From: Vitrella brassicaformis CCMP3155
Taxonomy: Eukaryota; Protista; Chromerida
Length of the DNA stretch: 64,000 bases
Direction: 5' to 3'
NCBI GenBank assembly: GCA_001179505.1
Contig: CDMY01000427.1
Coordinates: forward strand, 14,556 to 78,555
The translations under genes were made by a program, and so were the position numbers. Positions within the stretch are counted from its first letter, which is position 1; the number at the start of each line of letters is the position of its first letter. Shown here in pieces: positions 25,961 through 37,932 of the stretch. The notes below the pieces were generated by a model that saw only the letters and a program-made list of their open reading frames with translations, had not been told where the DNA came from and ran no database searches.

Positions 25961-28438
25961 CCTCTCCATCGCTGATGGGGCGGGGCGTTGCGATGGGATT
26001 GCAACACTATCAGATGGTCCACCAGATATGTCGCCTGCAGCTGGAAGAGGCCGTTCTTGTTGGTCACCCTGGACACCTCGTCCGGGGCACCGTGGAAGAC
26101 TCAAACAGCCCATACTCAGCACGCGGATATCCCCCAACTGCACCAACAACCATCATACACACACACACACACACACCCCCATCCGCCCCTCCCTCCTCTG
26201 TCATGTGTGCTGCGGCTTACTCTTGAACGAGCTCGACTCGATGGTCTTCAGCTCAAAATGCCTCTCCCGCACGGCAGACCCCACACCGTCACTCGGCTGC
26301 TGCCGGGACTCTCGGGAAGGCAATGGCGGCAGGGACTCACCAGAGCTGCTCTGATGGGACGACGCCTCGGGAGTCTGCTGGGTGACGAATCTCGACGCAG
26401 CTGCAGCGAAGCCAGCCCGGTGATGCTGCAGATAACACACACACCACACACGCAACACACTTATGAGAGAGTTCATTGCTGCCTGTGTGCCGTGCGTCGT
26501 ATTCCCACCGGCCCTCTCGCGTGACCAAACTCGCGGTTCATCCCCGCCGCCGCAGAGGCGTCGCCCTCCCCAGGTATAGTGTATGCGACGCCCTCTCTCG
26601 GCATCATGTAGGACGTCACAGGATGATAGCCACCATAGCCCGGTTGTGGCGGCAACTGCTGCGGGTGTGAGTGCGGTTGGTATTGGTGGTGCGCCGGGCT
26701 GGGGGCACCGTAGATATCTGCTGGCAGATAATGTGGCTGTGTGGCGGCAATGGCATTCAACCACGGCGGCGGGAGGGCGTCGTTGCGGGGGCCGTGCTGC
26801 AGGTGCGGTGCGCCCATGTGGGCACGAAACGCATTCATGCCTTCGGGGCGTATTCTCACGGCATAACGCGGGAATGGAGACTGGGATGAAGTTGTGTCGC
26901 GTGCACCTTGGCTGGCCGTCATGCCGCCCCGATAGAGATTCCACTGCCCCTCTCTGCCGCCGCCGTGAAAGCCGTTGAACGCACCCTGACAACAAACAGG
27001 CCATCCAACGACACACACATAAGCACATCCATGCCATGCATCAATGACATGTCCCATGGTGTGGGGGTGGGTGCGTGTGTGCAGTTGTTCTGTGCCATAC
27101 CTGTTGGTGGCGGTAGTTGTTGTATTGGTTGAAGTAGTTGCTGAAGTTCTCTGGCGACTGGCGTCCCCGGTAGCTATAAGGCGCGGCGTCGCCCTCCCGC
27201 TGCTGCTGCCCATCCCGCCAGATGCCATGACCACCAGCCTCGTGCCACTGATGCTGTTGGCCCATACTTACACCGCCGGCACCCCCTCCCTGACCCCCGG
27301 CAAGCACCGGCCCTCTCTCGGGATGGTCGCTTCCCGACTGGCGCAGGCCGATGTCCATGAGCTGCTGCGGCACGTTGGGCGGATGTCGGGTGTCCCTGCG
27401 GGGAGGGGCATCGGCGCGATTCAGAGTGCGCGGGCCGCCCTGGTCCTGCGGGTCGTAGGTGTCGTAGAACGGACGGCCTCCTCGGTGGCCACCGGGGCCG
27501 CCGTATGGCCAATCTGACAGTGAGTTCAACACACACCAACCCACAAACAACAAATTGCAAGACGGACCCACTGAATGTCCTTGTCTGTCGAGTCTGCCTC
27601 TCGTTTGTCTCCCCTACCCATGGTTCTGTTTCGGTCGCGGGCGCGTGCAGCGGCGTTGGTCTCCAACTCGGTCTCGAGGTCGGTCTGGAAGCCTGCACCC
27701 GGCATGCCGGGCGGGGCCCGATGCTGCGGCCCTGATGGAGGATTCAATGGCGCCACGGGCGGCGCGGGACGGCCGCCACGGTACGGCTGTCGGTCCCAGC
27801 GGCTGTCGTTGCGCTGGTTGCAGTAGCTGTCGGGGTTGGTGGCGTAGGCGGGTCGGATATTGGTGGGAGGAGGGTGGGGGGAGGGAGTCGGGCCGGTGGG
27901 TGAGCGTTCGTACGCCGGCTGGATGATCTGGCGTTGGTGTTGGTGCCGCTGGATGGGTGGCGAGGGGATGAACTGTCCGTGAGGGCCGGAAAAGGGGCTG
28001 AGTGGCTGGAAGAAGGGCCCCCCTTCTCCTCTGAACGCCGTGGAGCCCATCGGCGGCTGCCCAAACCCGTTGAGAATGGTCTGGTGGTGGGAGGGGGGAT
28101 GGGGGAGTGGAGGGGCGGGGGGGGGGGGGGGGGGGGGGNNNNNNNNNNNNNNNNNNNNNNNNNNNNNNNNNNNNNNNNNNNNNNNNNNNNNNNNNNNNNN
28201 NNNNNNNNNNNNNNNNNNNNNNNNNNNNNNNNNNNNNNNNNNNNNNNNNNNNNNNNNNNNNNNNNNNNNNNNNNNNNNNNNNNNNNNNNNNNNNNNNNNN
28301 NNNNNNNNNNNNNNNNNNNNNNNNNNNNNNNNNNNNNNNNNNNNNNNNNNNNNNNNNNNNNNNNNNNNNNNNNNNNNNNNNNNNNNNNNNNNNNNNNNNN
28401 NNNNNNNNNNNNNNNNNNNNNNNNNNNNNNNNNNNNNN

Positions 28439-28476
<38 letters not shown>

Positions 28477-28720
28477 AGGCTGCCACGTGCCATCGCGACG
28501 ACCTGTGCCGGCCTGACAGGACACACAGACACCACGGGATGAGCGAAATGCGCCCTCCTGACCCCATGGATGACCGAGAGGCACTCCCGACCTCCCCATC
28601 GGTGCATGAGCCCTGTGCGTGCGGTGTGCACCCCCTCACCATCGGGTGGGAGCCTTGAGGAAGCTGTGCAGCTCCTGAGGGAGGTCCCTGACCTCCGTTG
28701 GAATGCATCGGTCAATTCGT
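25950..28720 (-). CDS. Pro/Gln/Gly-rich low-complexity multi-exon coding segments (gene or pseudogene; spans a gap)
   Basis: Open segments 27526-28599, 27041-27571 and 26473-27000 are bounded by GT-AG introns. No globular domain recognised. Confidence 0.45.
28139..28438. other. Assembly gap (300 N) flanked by poly-G runs
   Basis: N run. Confidence 1.
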
Positions 28721-29576
28721 TGGGGGCTCGCACCATATGGGGGCCACGAGATCGCCTGAACCAAGCCAGCAGGCGATTCAATTGATATTCACTGTGATGA
28801 TTCGTGGCTCCTCTGTGCCTGAGTGAGGCCATCCATCGGTCCTCATGACCTCTGCAATGCTCTCACACACGCCCAGCGGCCTTCAGCAGACAGCCACAGA
28901 CTCAATCGACTCGGGCTTTGAAGGGTTGCCGACGGCCAACGCGTTGAGTGGATGATCACATGCAGCCGATATAAAATGCAGGCGGCGATTGAGACGCCTG
29001 ACGAGCAAAGACATACAGAACACCAGCGAGACACGTCTTGGATGAACGTCTCCTCATGTCTCTCCTTCTCTCGTGCTCACTCTGTGAACGCCTGGTGGAG
29101 TGAGTACCCGACTGGCATGCCGACTGGGTGGAATCGTGAGGACCGATTCTCGCCACAAGACCACCAAACACCTCCGCCGCCCCATATCCGAAACCCGTGA
29201 TAAGAGGGACGTTCAAATATAAAATGTAAGCAGCAATTGAGGCGCCTGACAACGAGAGAGAGAGAGAGAGTCAGATGTGATGGAGAATGACGTATGTCCT
29301 CATTATGTGCTCACGCTCAAGAAGCCTCTTCGCCTGTCTTCCTCGCTGCTGCTGGGAAGGGGCGGGAAGGGCGGGTGGGGACGCAGATGGGGGGACGGTG
29401 GATGTCGCATTGTTGGTGGCGTTGTTGGTGTCGTCGACCATATTGTACACCCTTCCTCTGTTGTCATCCCGCCCCTCAACGACGACGCCGTTGGCTGACG
29501 AAAGCAAAAAAGTAACGAAAGCAAAGAAGTAGCCAGATGCATGTGAGTACTGCATGGCGTCTGCTTTGCCTACTCA

Positions 29577-30990
29577 TCACTTACCAATCAACGCCTGCAT
29601 CTCCGTCGTCAGGTCGCGCAGGCTCACCAAGTGGTAGACCTCCCCCTCTGCCCGCATGAGCTTGCCAAGTGCATCGGCGAGCTCGAAAAGGCCGAGGCCG
29701 TGTCCCCGAGAAAGCGAGGAAACGATCGCTTCCCTCAGGGACATGGCCTCGACCTGTCCAGGTGGTGCTGGCCTCCCTGGGCCCTCGCCCCCCTTGTGGC
29801 GATCCCTGATAGCCATGCATACAGAAGTGCCATGGTGGGTCACACCCACTTGGACAAGCCTTCTGTCACCTGTCGCCGGTGCTGTCCCTTTTGGTTGGCG
29901 CACGCGATGAGCTCGACGGCACCGAGGGCGGCTTCGTCCCTGCGGAGCCTGCACAGAAACCACACAGAAACATAGAATGCGACGACCTGGTCATTCATAA
30001 GTCGCGTGTGTCTGTGAGGTGCCCGTGAGGGTGCTTGGGTGTGTTGGTATACAGACTTGACGAGGACGCCGCGCCACTTGAGGAGCTGCCACCGAGCTGG
30101 TTGGCCCTGATAGCCATTCACGTGTTAAGGTGAGCCACGCATCTTATTCCTATCTGTCTTACCTCAGGAAGAGGTTGAGCAGCCTCTGCAGGAACTCCAG
30201 GCGAATGTCGTCTGGGAGCTCCGTCAGGTACTGCTCGTCCGCCCCAGCAAAGGACAGCACCTCCCTCTCTGAGACGCCCAGCGATCAAGCAATGGCGCTG
30301 AGCAGGTCCGACTGGAACGGCAAGGGCTCGTCCAGGTAGGCATCATCCTCACCCTCTCCGCCGGCAGGACTCTCTTCGGCGGCTTCCTGACTCTCGGCGG
30401 GGGGCTGCGACTGCTCCTCTCCCTGCTGTGGTGCTTCTTGGTGGCGGCTGGTCGCGCTGCTCTGACGCGGAAGACGGCGACTGAGATGCAGGTGCTGCTG
30501 GTGGTGGTGGTGCTGGTGCTGGTGGTGGGCGCGGTACCGTCACGTCGGGTGGCGCAAAGGGTGGAGGCGCCGCAGAAGCGTCCTGTTGGGCCTCGCCTTC
30601 GCCCGTTGACCTCCCTGCCTGGCCGACAGCAGTGGGGCTGTGTTGGACAAAGTTGAGATCCAGCCGCACCTGTGGGGGCTGCTCCTGCGGCACCGGGCCA
30701 GGCGAGGGAGGAGCTGCCGACTGCATCGATAATGTCAGGGAGGCGACGAGGCTGTCGAAGAGGTGCTGAGTGTCTTCAAGTTGGTGGATGGGCGATGGGA
30801 GAGTGAAGGCAGGCGGCTCCTCTTCACCGGTCGGCTGGCTTGCCTCGGCCTCGCTGGGCTCCTGTTGTAACGACTGGCCCTCTCCCTCCCCCTCCCCTGT
30901 GGCCTCCTCTCTGCCTGTGACCTCCGTGTCTTCCGCAGCGGCCACCATATCGCCCTTCTGCACCTTTGGCTGCTCCGCCTCCTCGCCAAT
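29577..30990 (-). pseudogene. Degenerate gene with an acidic/Pro-rich region and a ubiquitin-binding motif (UBM-like); internal TGA
   Basis: The frame reads ...LLSAIA*SLGVSEREVLSFAGADEQYLTELPDDIRLEFLQRLL, with the stop at 30285-30287. LTELPDDIR resembles the UBM consensus LxxLPxDIR. Confidence 0.5.
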
Positions 30991-33900
30991 CTGAGCACGT
31001 GGCTCGTCCGGTCAGCAGATTGCAGATCACCGTCCAATATAAAATGAAGGCAGCGATTGAGGCGCCTGAAGTAATGGAAGAGACACAGACACGGCGGCGA
31101 ATCATGTGCGTGTCATGTTTGTGTGTGTGTCTCTCTCTCTCTGCTCACCCTGCAAGCGCCGTGCACATTGCCTGTGGGGGTCATGGAACGGGGCGGGCGT
31201 ACACACAGCAGGGGGCGATGGGGGGCATCATCTCCTGGACAAGGGTATCAGCGTACGCTGCGGTCTAGAAGTCTTCGGCGGGGTCGTTCAGCGCCCTGCA
31301 CATAAAGCAGACAACAGACAACACACAGTAGCTTCAAAGGCAGCTATGTTGTGAGGTGTGCTTGTACCTATCGAGGAAGAGACGGGCACGATCCGCCCGC
31401 TGCTGCCGCGCGACGCGCTGGCGGTTCGCCCACACCTCGGCCGCAAACTCACGGCAGACTGTTCATGCAGCACGCACAAGAGACATTTGAGATGCACCCA
31501 TCTACTCACTGGCTGACGACCTTACCCTCAGCTGCTCCATCGGCGACATGTCGCAAGATGTTCCAGAAAAGATCCGGAGCGCAGAGCTGGGCGGACCAAC
31601 GCGTTTGAATGGATAATCACTTGCCACCAATATAAAATGAAGGCAGCGATGTGCTGAGGCGCCTGACAAGGGGAGAGACACAGCGAGGGAGTCGCTCACG
31701 GGCGCATTGTGTCTCTGCTTCTCGTGTGCTCACTTGAATGTGCAGGACTTCACAGGCCAACCAAAACAGCAGTGGTGCTCCCGTTGGCCTCCTCGGGGCC
31801 GTGGTCGTTCATCTCCAGCACTGGGGCCTCTTCCTCTCTTTCTTCTTTAGACTCCTCCTCTGTTGGTTCTTGTGCGCCCTCGCCCTCCTGTTGCTGCTCT
31901 CGCTGTGGCTGCTCTTGCTGCTCCTTGGTGGTGGGCTCTTCTGGCTGCTGTGGCTGCTCGGCAGGGATGGCCTGCTCCGGTGGCTCGATGACGGTTGCGG
32001 CTGGAGGCGCCTCCTCTGTGGTTTTGGGCTGCTGCTCTCCTTCCTTCTCCTCAGCCTCATGCCGACGCGGTTGGATGGATGGACACAAACAAAGGAATGG
32101 ATGGACACCCATATATGGGTGTGGGTGTGGGTGTTGGTGGGTGTTGGTGGGTGTTGGTGGGTGTTGGTGGGTGTTGATGTGTCGGATTGGATGGATGGAT
32201 GGTTTAACCACCTACCTGTAGTCTGTGCAGGTTGGGGCGGAACTCCAGCCACATCTGGGGAGGCCATCTCCTCAAGACCACTCACAAAACTCTCAAACAG
32301 CGCCTAATTGCGGTACACGAGGCAAGAGAGACATGAGGACACAATGTTATATCATCCGTTCCTCCCCATCCCTCTCACTCGGCTTCTCGGTCACGTTTGT
32401 CGAGCTCGGCCTGCATGACGGACACACACAAAGGGGGACGACACGTACATCACATGAATGAGATGAGTGGGCGCTTCGTTCGTGGTAGACACATACCAGC
32501 TGCTGTTGGGTGCAGTATCTGTAGAATCCCTTGCCGGCCTCGCTCTTGTGTCTGCACGGATGAAAATGCTCGGGCGTTGCACTTGGTGTCGCTGCAGCTT
32601 GCAGCCCGTAGATGGCCGCCGAGGCGGCCAAGAGGGCGTTGAAAAACAGGGAAAACAGAGGAGACATGAGCAAATCCGTGCGGTATTCTCTTCCTTCTGT
32701 CTTGCTTACGTACCTGAGCGGCGTGCCGCCAGATGATAAGTAGGACACACATCTGAAGTATGGCGCAGATCAAGGACTCATTGAACAGGATCGGTGATCA
32801 TTCTTAACGTGCACGTGACGGGGGTACCGGCTCTCTCTGGTCGCGAGGCTGTGGTTGTTTTGTTGGACCAAAGCGTTGCCTTTCTGAAAGCAGCAACGAG
32901 AACACTGTTGCCAACAGCTCGACAGACGGCAGGGCACTACCAGTTGAGGCCTCCCGAGGAAGGTGACGTTCGGGCAGTCTGGGAGGGACACGATGGACCT
33001 CATAAGCCGATAAACAGCGAAATTCTCTCTACAGGACAACAGAAGGCCATAGAAGGCGAGCAGGTCAGACGATGGCTGCCTGCAGCAAGTGCTGTCAGAT
33101 TACCTGGAGTCCGCTCACTTTAATGATGACTTTGCGCGGGCTCATTGACGTCGTGCAGAAGAGGTGAATTCAGGAGTATGACAGATATAAAATGTAGGCA
33201 CCGATCTGCAGGCGCACACAGAGGGGACGAGAGACATGAGTGTGCAGAGTGAGACTCGGGATCCTGCACACGGTGGGAGATGACCTTTCCTCTGTGTGTG
33301 TCCGTCACCCCTGATGTGATCGTTGCTTTCTGCCTTCTTCTCATCTCGCGGGGCGATGAGGGGGAATCTGACAGACGGCAGCAGAGGAATGCACTGTGTG
33401 TTGGCCCGAAATTATCATGTGCTCTCTCGCTCATTTGTTTCCCCTGTTGTGGTCTGCAGCATCGAGCGGCACCACGAGCATGACGGCGACACAACCTGAC
33501 TGACACACCCACAAAGAGAGACAGAGAGACGCCATCACAAGTTCATCCAAACATTGAAGGTCACGATTGGGCGCCATCGTATCGCTGTCATTTGGTGCTG
33601 TCCTGTTGCTGACTGTGTGTGAGGGGAGGACGCGCAGCATCCACAGAAGCCAGAGCCCCGAAGACGTTAAACGAGCACAGCGGTCTGCAGACACAAGATC
33701 GGAGAGACACCATCGTGCAAAGTTAGATGTATCGTGAGGCTTCCTCAAAGTACTTCGCAGCGCAGCGCAGCGCATCGGTCGATTTGGCGTAAAGAATCCG
33801 CCGAATATAAAGCGTAGGCAGCGATTCTGAACAAAACCAGACATGCACACACAGTTTCCATGTGACTTGTTCGAAGGCGGGCTGACCTCGTCAGAGTTGG

Positions 33901-33997
33901 ACGTAATGATTGATGACGTGTGGGTATTTGCCTGAGACCAAATACACACACAAGTACGACGAGAAATCCCGAACGTGAGCGACTTTCCATTCTTTAA

Positions 33998-34165
33998 TTA
34001 ATGAATAGCTGAGCCAAACATGAAGGTCTCGGCGACCTTGGGGCTCTCCGTTGTCGGTGTCTTTTGGCCGCCGGGCGGGCTGAGCTCGTCGAGGATGACC
34101 TGGCAGTAGTCGACTTGGATGTCATGGGGTTGGGTGCTGATCACGTGGACGTATCTCCCTGCGAC

Positions 34166-34196
<31 letters not shown>

Positions 34197-34340
34197 GTAA
34201 GACGAAAAATCCCGAATGTGAGCGACTTTCCATCCCTTCTTAAATTAATGAATACGTACCTGCTCCATTCATGAAGTTCTCGAGCTGAAACTGCGCGGTG
34301 GCCTCCGCCAACATATGAAACAGCTCCTGCCGCACACACA
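33998..34340 (-). pseudogene. Possible USP-domain fragment (QHD-box region)
   Basis: Exons QELFHMLAEATAQFQLENFMNGAG| and GRYVHVISTQPHDIQVDYCQVILDEL...TFMFG, weakly like the USP pattern QHDxxEF...LLD.L...F.G. Confidence 0.35.
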
Positions 34341-35419
34341 CATCACCATCAAGGAAGGGAATGGATGCAATCAGGAATGCATCTGTCTGTCTGATGTCGA
34401 GGAATGAACCGTCCCTTGTGTGGCTATTCTGCCCCTGGCCTGCATGCATGGCCTCCCTCGATGCCTGCCTGCCCCTCCCTCACCTCATCCATCGTGTTGT
34501 GTCGCGTCGTGCTGTTCACCTGTGGCTCGGGTCTGGTGACCAACTGCAATAATCCTGGCCCAACTGCAATAGGATATGGTCCACGTGTCGATGTACGCAT
34601 CAAGGTCACCGAAGCCTTGAGCTGTCCGGTCTGATATACACACACAAGACAGAGACCGACATACACATTCATTGATGGTCGTTTTCCTCATGCAGCCAAG
34701 CTGCGAGGAGACATGTGCTCCTCTGTCTTACTTCAGCGGGTGCGATGCATACGAATTGGACCGGCGTGGGAGTGTGTATGAGAGTCTCACAGATATAAAA
34801 CGTAGGCAGCGATCTGTCTGCAGACACAGAACAGGAGAGACACAGCAGATTGTCTATTGGCCTCGCAGTGATCTCTCTGTGAACTGACCGAAACTACAGA
34901 CAGAGAGGCAGACACATCGCTCCCCTCCACAGCAGCTCTCACTTACCACCTGAGAAAGAAGGCTAGTGATCTCGACCCCGTTTGCCTCTTGACCGTTCCC
35001 CGCTCCCCTCCTGCTGCTGCTGCTGTTGAGCACCTGTCTCCCTGCAGGGCTGAGAGAATGGCACGGGCCGCCCAACGGGCCCCGCTCCCCCCGTTGCGGC
35101 GCGTCAGTCGACTTGACGCCATCACGCAGCCCTGAACACGGCGTGGGGTCACTGCTCCCACCGGGGCTGGGCAGCGGGCTGGTCTGCTGCACCACTGGGG
35201 CAAAGGTGAGCGACGGGAGGGCGTTGGCGGGCATGGGGGTCTCGTCTTCACTGGCCTCGCCGAACTCGGTGAGACGGAGAGGGGGCGGGACTGCACGAAA
35301 GACATCACAGATTAGACCAAAGACAAAAGGCACACAGATACATACAGTAGGTCCGTCCATCTATCAGCCACGTGTGAGCCTGTGCATGTGTGTGTGAGAC
35401 GTGAGGCAGAATGTACCGG

Positions 35420-36030
35420 CCTGGAACACCGTGGGCATGTCACGGGCAACATACCAGAGGATGCAGGCAGTCGACCCTAAAATAGATGCCATCCCATGCC
35501 ATGAAAACTCACATGATTGGACAACTCGCCTGACGTCTCTCACATGCGTACCCTTCAGCTGCCATTCGGGGATGTGGAGGCGAACTTCAGCGTCGTTGAA
35601 CCGCACCCATGACAACGCACCGTTCACCACCGACTTGACGTCGCTGCACACACCACACAGACAGACAGACAGACAGACAGACATGTGCTCTGTGGATGCT
35701 CGCCCTGATGGTGTGTGAGTGTCAGTGTGTCGGGTGCTCACGCAAAGCAGTGCCCACTCGACAGACTGCCGCGCTGGTGGGTGACGGCGTACAGGTCGTA
35801 CTCGCGGCGGATCGTCGGGCCCCCGAACCTGACACACACAGATGCACACATATGGGCGAGTCTCTCTCTCTTGTTCTGCCACGTCCCCTCCCCGACCGAC
35901 ATAATACGTACCCTGCAGCTGTCCCTCAGGCTTGTTGTCCGGCAAAAACTTTGAGGTGAACTGGTCGTCGAAACGCACCCACGACTCGATGCCACCAACC
36001 ATAATCTTGACCCAGCTGCACACGCACACA

Positions 36031-36065
<35 letters not shown>

Positions 36066-36420
36066 GGACCTACACACATGTCCGTCCCGCATTAATGCCC
36101 TGTCGATCGGTCGGTGTGTCTGTCTGTCTGTCTGTGTGGTGCGTCCAGGCCGCCGTCGTGGATTGTGACGGCGTAGAGATCGAACTCCCCGCTAATGGAG
36201 GGACCCTCTGAACACACAACACACACACGGAGAGGGGAAAGCTGAACTGAAAGAGAAGGCAAGAGGGTAGATGTCGAGTGTTCGTCACGATATGAAGAGC
36301 TTTTGCTGACGGCTTACTTAGGAGCTCCGCTTTTATCTGAAGACACAGCTCGCTTTGCTGCTGAATTTCTGAACACAGACTGCCTTTGTGGCTTCCATAC
36401 GTGTTGTCGTCGTTGTGAAA
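35420..36420 (-). pseudogene. Two tandem degenerate USP (ubiquitin C-terminal hydrolase) His-box modules
   Basis: Module 1: EFDLYAVTIHDGGLDA..SWVKIMVGGIESWVRFDD..QLQG. Module 2: EYDLYAVTHQRGSLSSGHCFA|SDVKSVVNGALSWVRFNDAEV..QLKG|STACILWY. Stop codons occur upstream and a frame-breaking junction lies at about 35820. Confidence 0.7.
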
Positions 36421-37932
36421 ACTTCTCGGCCGGCTGCAAGACACAAAGATGAATTACATAGTTTTTTCAGTCTGTCTCTTTTTCTCGCTTTTCTCCGTCG
36501 GACCAAGGGATCGCCTTTCTGGGAAGCAGCAGGCAGGGAATCCGACGTGCACGTGAACACCAGACTCAAAGAGGCCGTCGCCCACCTCACCCACCTTAAG
36601 GGAAATGCGTCGAGAAAGAGAGACGGGAAAAAAGACAGAGCCACCACTTCATGTGCACGTACAAACACGGCAAGAGAAGGCATCTGATCACACCCATGGC
36701 AACGAAATGCACCATGCGTTGATCCCTACACTTCATCCACACACCACACCATCACCACACCCAAGAGACATGACGCACAAGGCCACACTCATATGTACTC
36801 GCCTGTTGGACATCGGTGTGTGCGAAAGAAGGCGCCTGGGCACTCAGCTGACGCCAGGCAGGCGCCAGCGGCTCCACAAAAGGCAGGGCGCCAGCAAACG
36901 AGGCCTCGCCCGGGGCACGGCGGTGGAGGAAAAAGTGGCGGATGAAATCCGGACGAGTTGGGAGGGGTACAGGGAGATGCGGCGGACAACACAAGCCAAC
37001 AACCAGCCGAGAAGAGAAAGAAAAGGAGCAGATGTGGCCGAAACAAGGCTGGAAAGCCGAACGCGGCGAAAAAAGTGAAGAAACGGCTGCAGGCTCGTAA
37101 ATATTTGTCTCCGTCTCAGCTCGCAAAATCTCGCCGCATTTGAATTTCGCTTTCTGCGGACAACGGGAGGCCAGTAAAGGCAGACAGAGGCAGAGACGAT
37201 GGCTGCCGCCGCAGAAGAAGCCATGCAGAGATTGCGTGCGAAATCCGCGCACTTCTCTTTTTCGTCGGTTTGGTGGGACAAAGGTCTGACGTCTGAGATG
37301 CGCCTGTGTGGGTGCAGAGGTTCTTCATTTGACATCTAGTGGATCTTCAGCGAGGCAAAGTGTCACCGTCTCCTGAAATTCGCGAATGACTCCTACCTGC
37401 ACGCATCGCGCACGGCCAGCATTTTGCCTGTGCTCCGTATGGCGGGTGAGGAGTGTGACACTATGCCGCTCACCATTGTCAATGACAACAGCAACACTGC
37501 CGGGGAGAGAGGCTGAACGAAGGAGCGTATTCGCTCATGCTCTCAGGCTTTCTCTCCGGGGGCTACTGTGGGCCGGATCGCAAGCATGTCGTTCGGAATC
37601 ATGTCATTGCAACTTGAATGCATGCACGCTCATTTGTTGTCTGCTAACTCTACACCCATTCAACCCCTTTCCCCCCATTACACAGTCACAGCGGTGTGCA
37701 AAGATACAGATGGAAAAAAAAGAGTACATGGCACGCGAACTCATGCGGCGTCTCTGCTGCCTGTACACCCATCCCAACACATCTTGCTCTCGACATGCCG
37801 CAAAAACTCCTGAACGTCCTGCCACTGAACGTCTCGACACAGTGCAAGATGTCCAGGAGCTCAACCAGCGTATCGAGGACAAGACAGCGACTCATCCAGC
37901 CACCCCACCCCACCCCATCGCCCACCCATGTC

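Larger units (their letters stand above)
16430..37360 (-). repeat. Island of shuffled, degenerate duplicated gene modules carrying 13 copies of the ATATAAAATGTAGGCAGCGAT-like motif
   Basis: Motif copies start at about 16436, 18031, 19204, 20371, 23494, 25839, 28969, 29217, 31037, 31630, 33185, 33805 and 34793, all in the same orientation. The island contains several internal duplicated blocks, stop codons and frameshifts. Confidence 0.75.

Noticed and set aside
24608-28832. ORFs containing X runs and poly-P or poly-G
   Set aside because: They are open only because they cross N gaps and homopolymer runs.
30285-30287. In-frame TGA as selenocysteine or readthrough
   Set aside because: No redox motif or SECIS evidence, and the surrounding region is degenerate.
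32120-32180. (GGTGTTGGTG)n tandem as a telomeric or CRISPR-like repeat
   Set aside because: About five perfect 10-bp units with no spacers, lying in an intron-like stretch; an ordinary minisatellite.
32347-32748. Small secreted protein (MSPLFSLFFNALLAASAA...)
   Set aside because: Plausible signal peptide, but no domain, paralog or clear exon structure; not supportable.
37320-37356. CTAGT near the right end of the duplicated block (also at about 62515 and 58878) as a Helitron 3' terminus
   Set aside because: Homology between the copies continues about 15 bp past CTAGT, the upstream hairpin is weak and too distant, and no Rep/helicase ORF is present.
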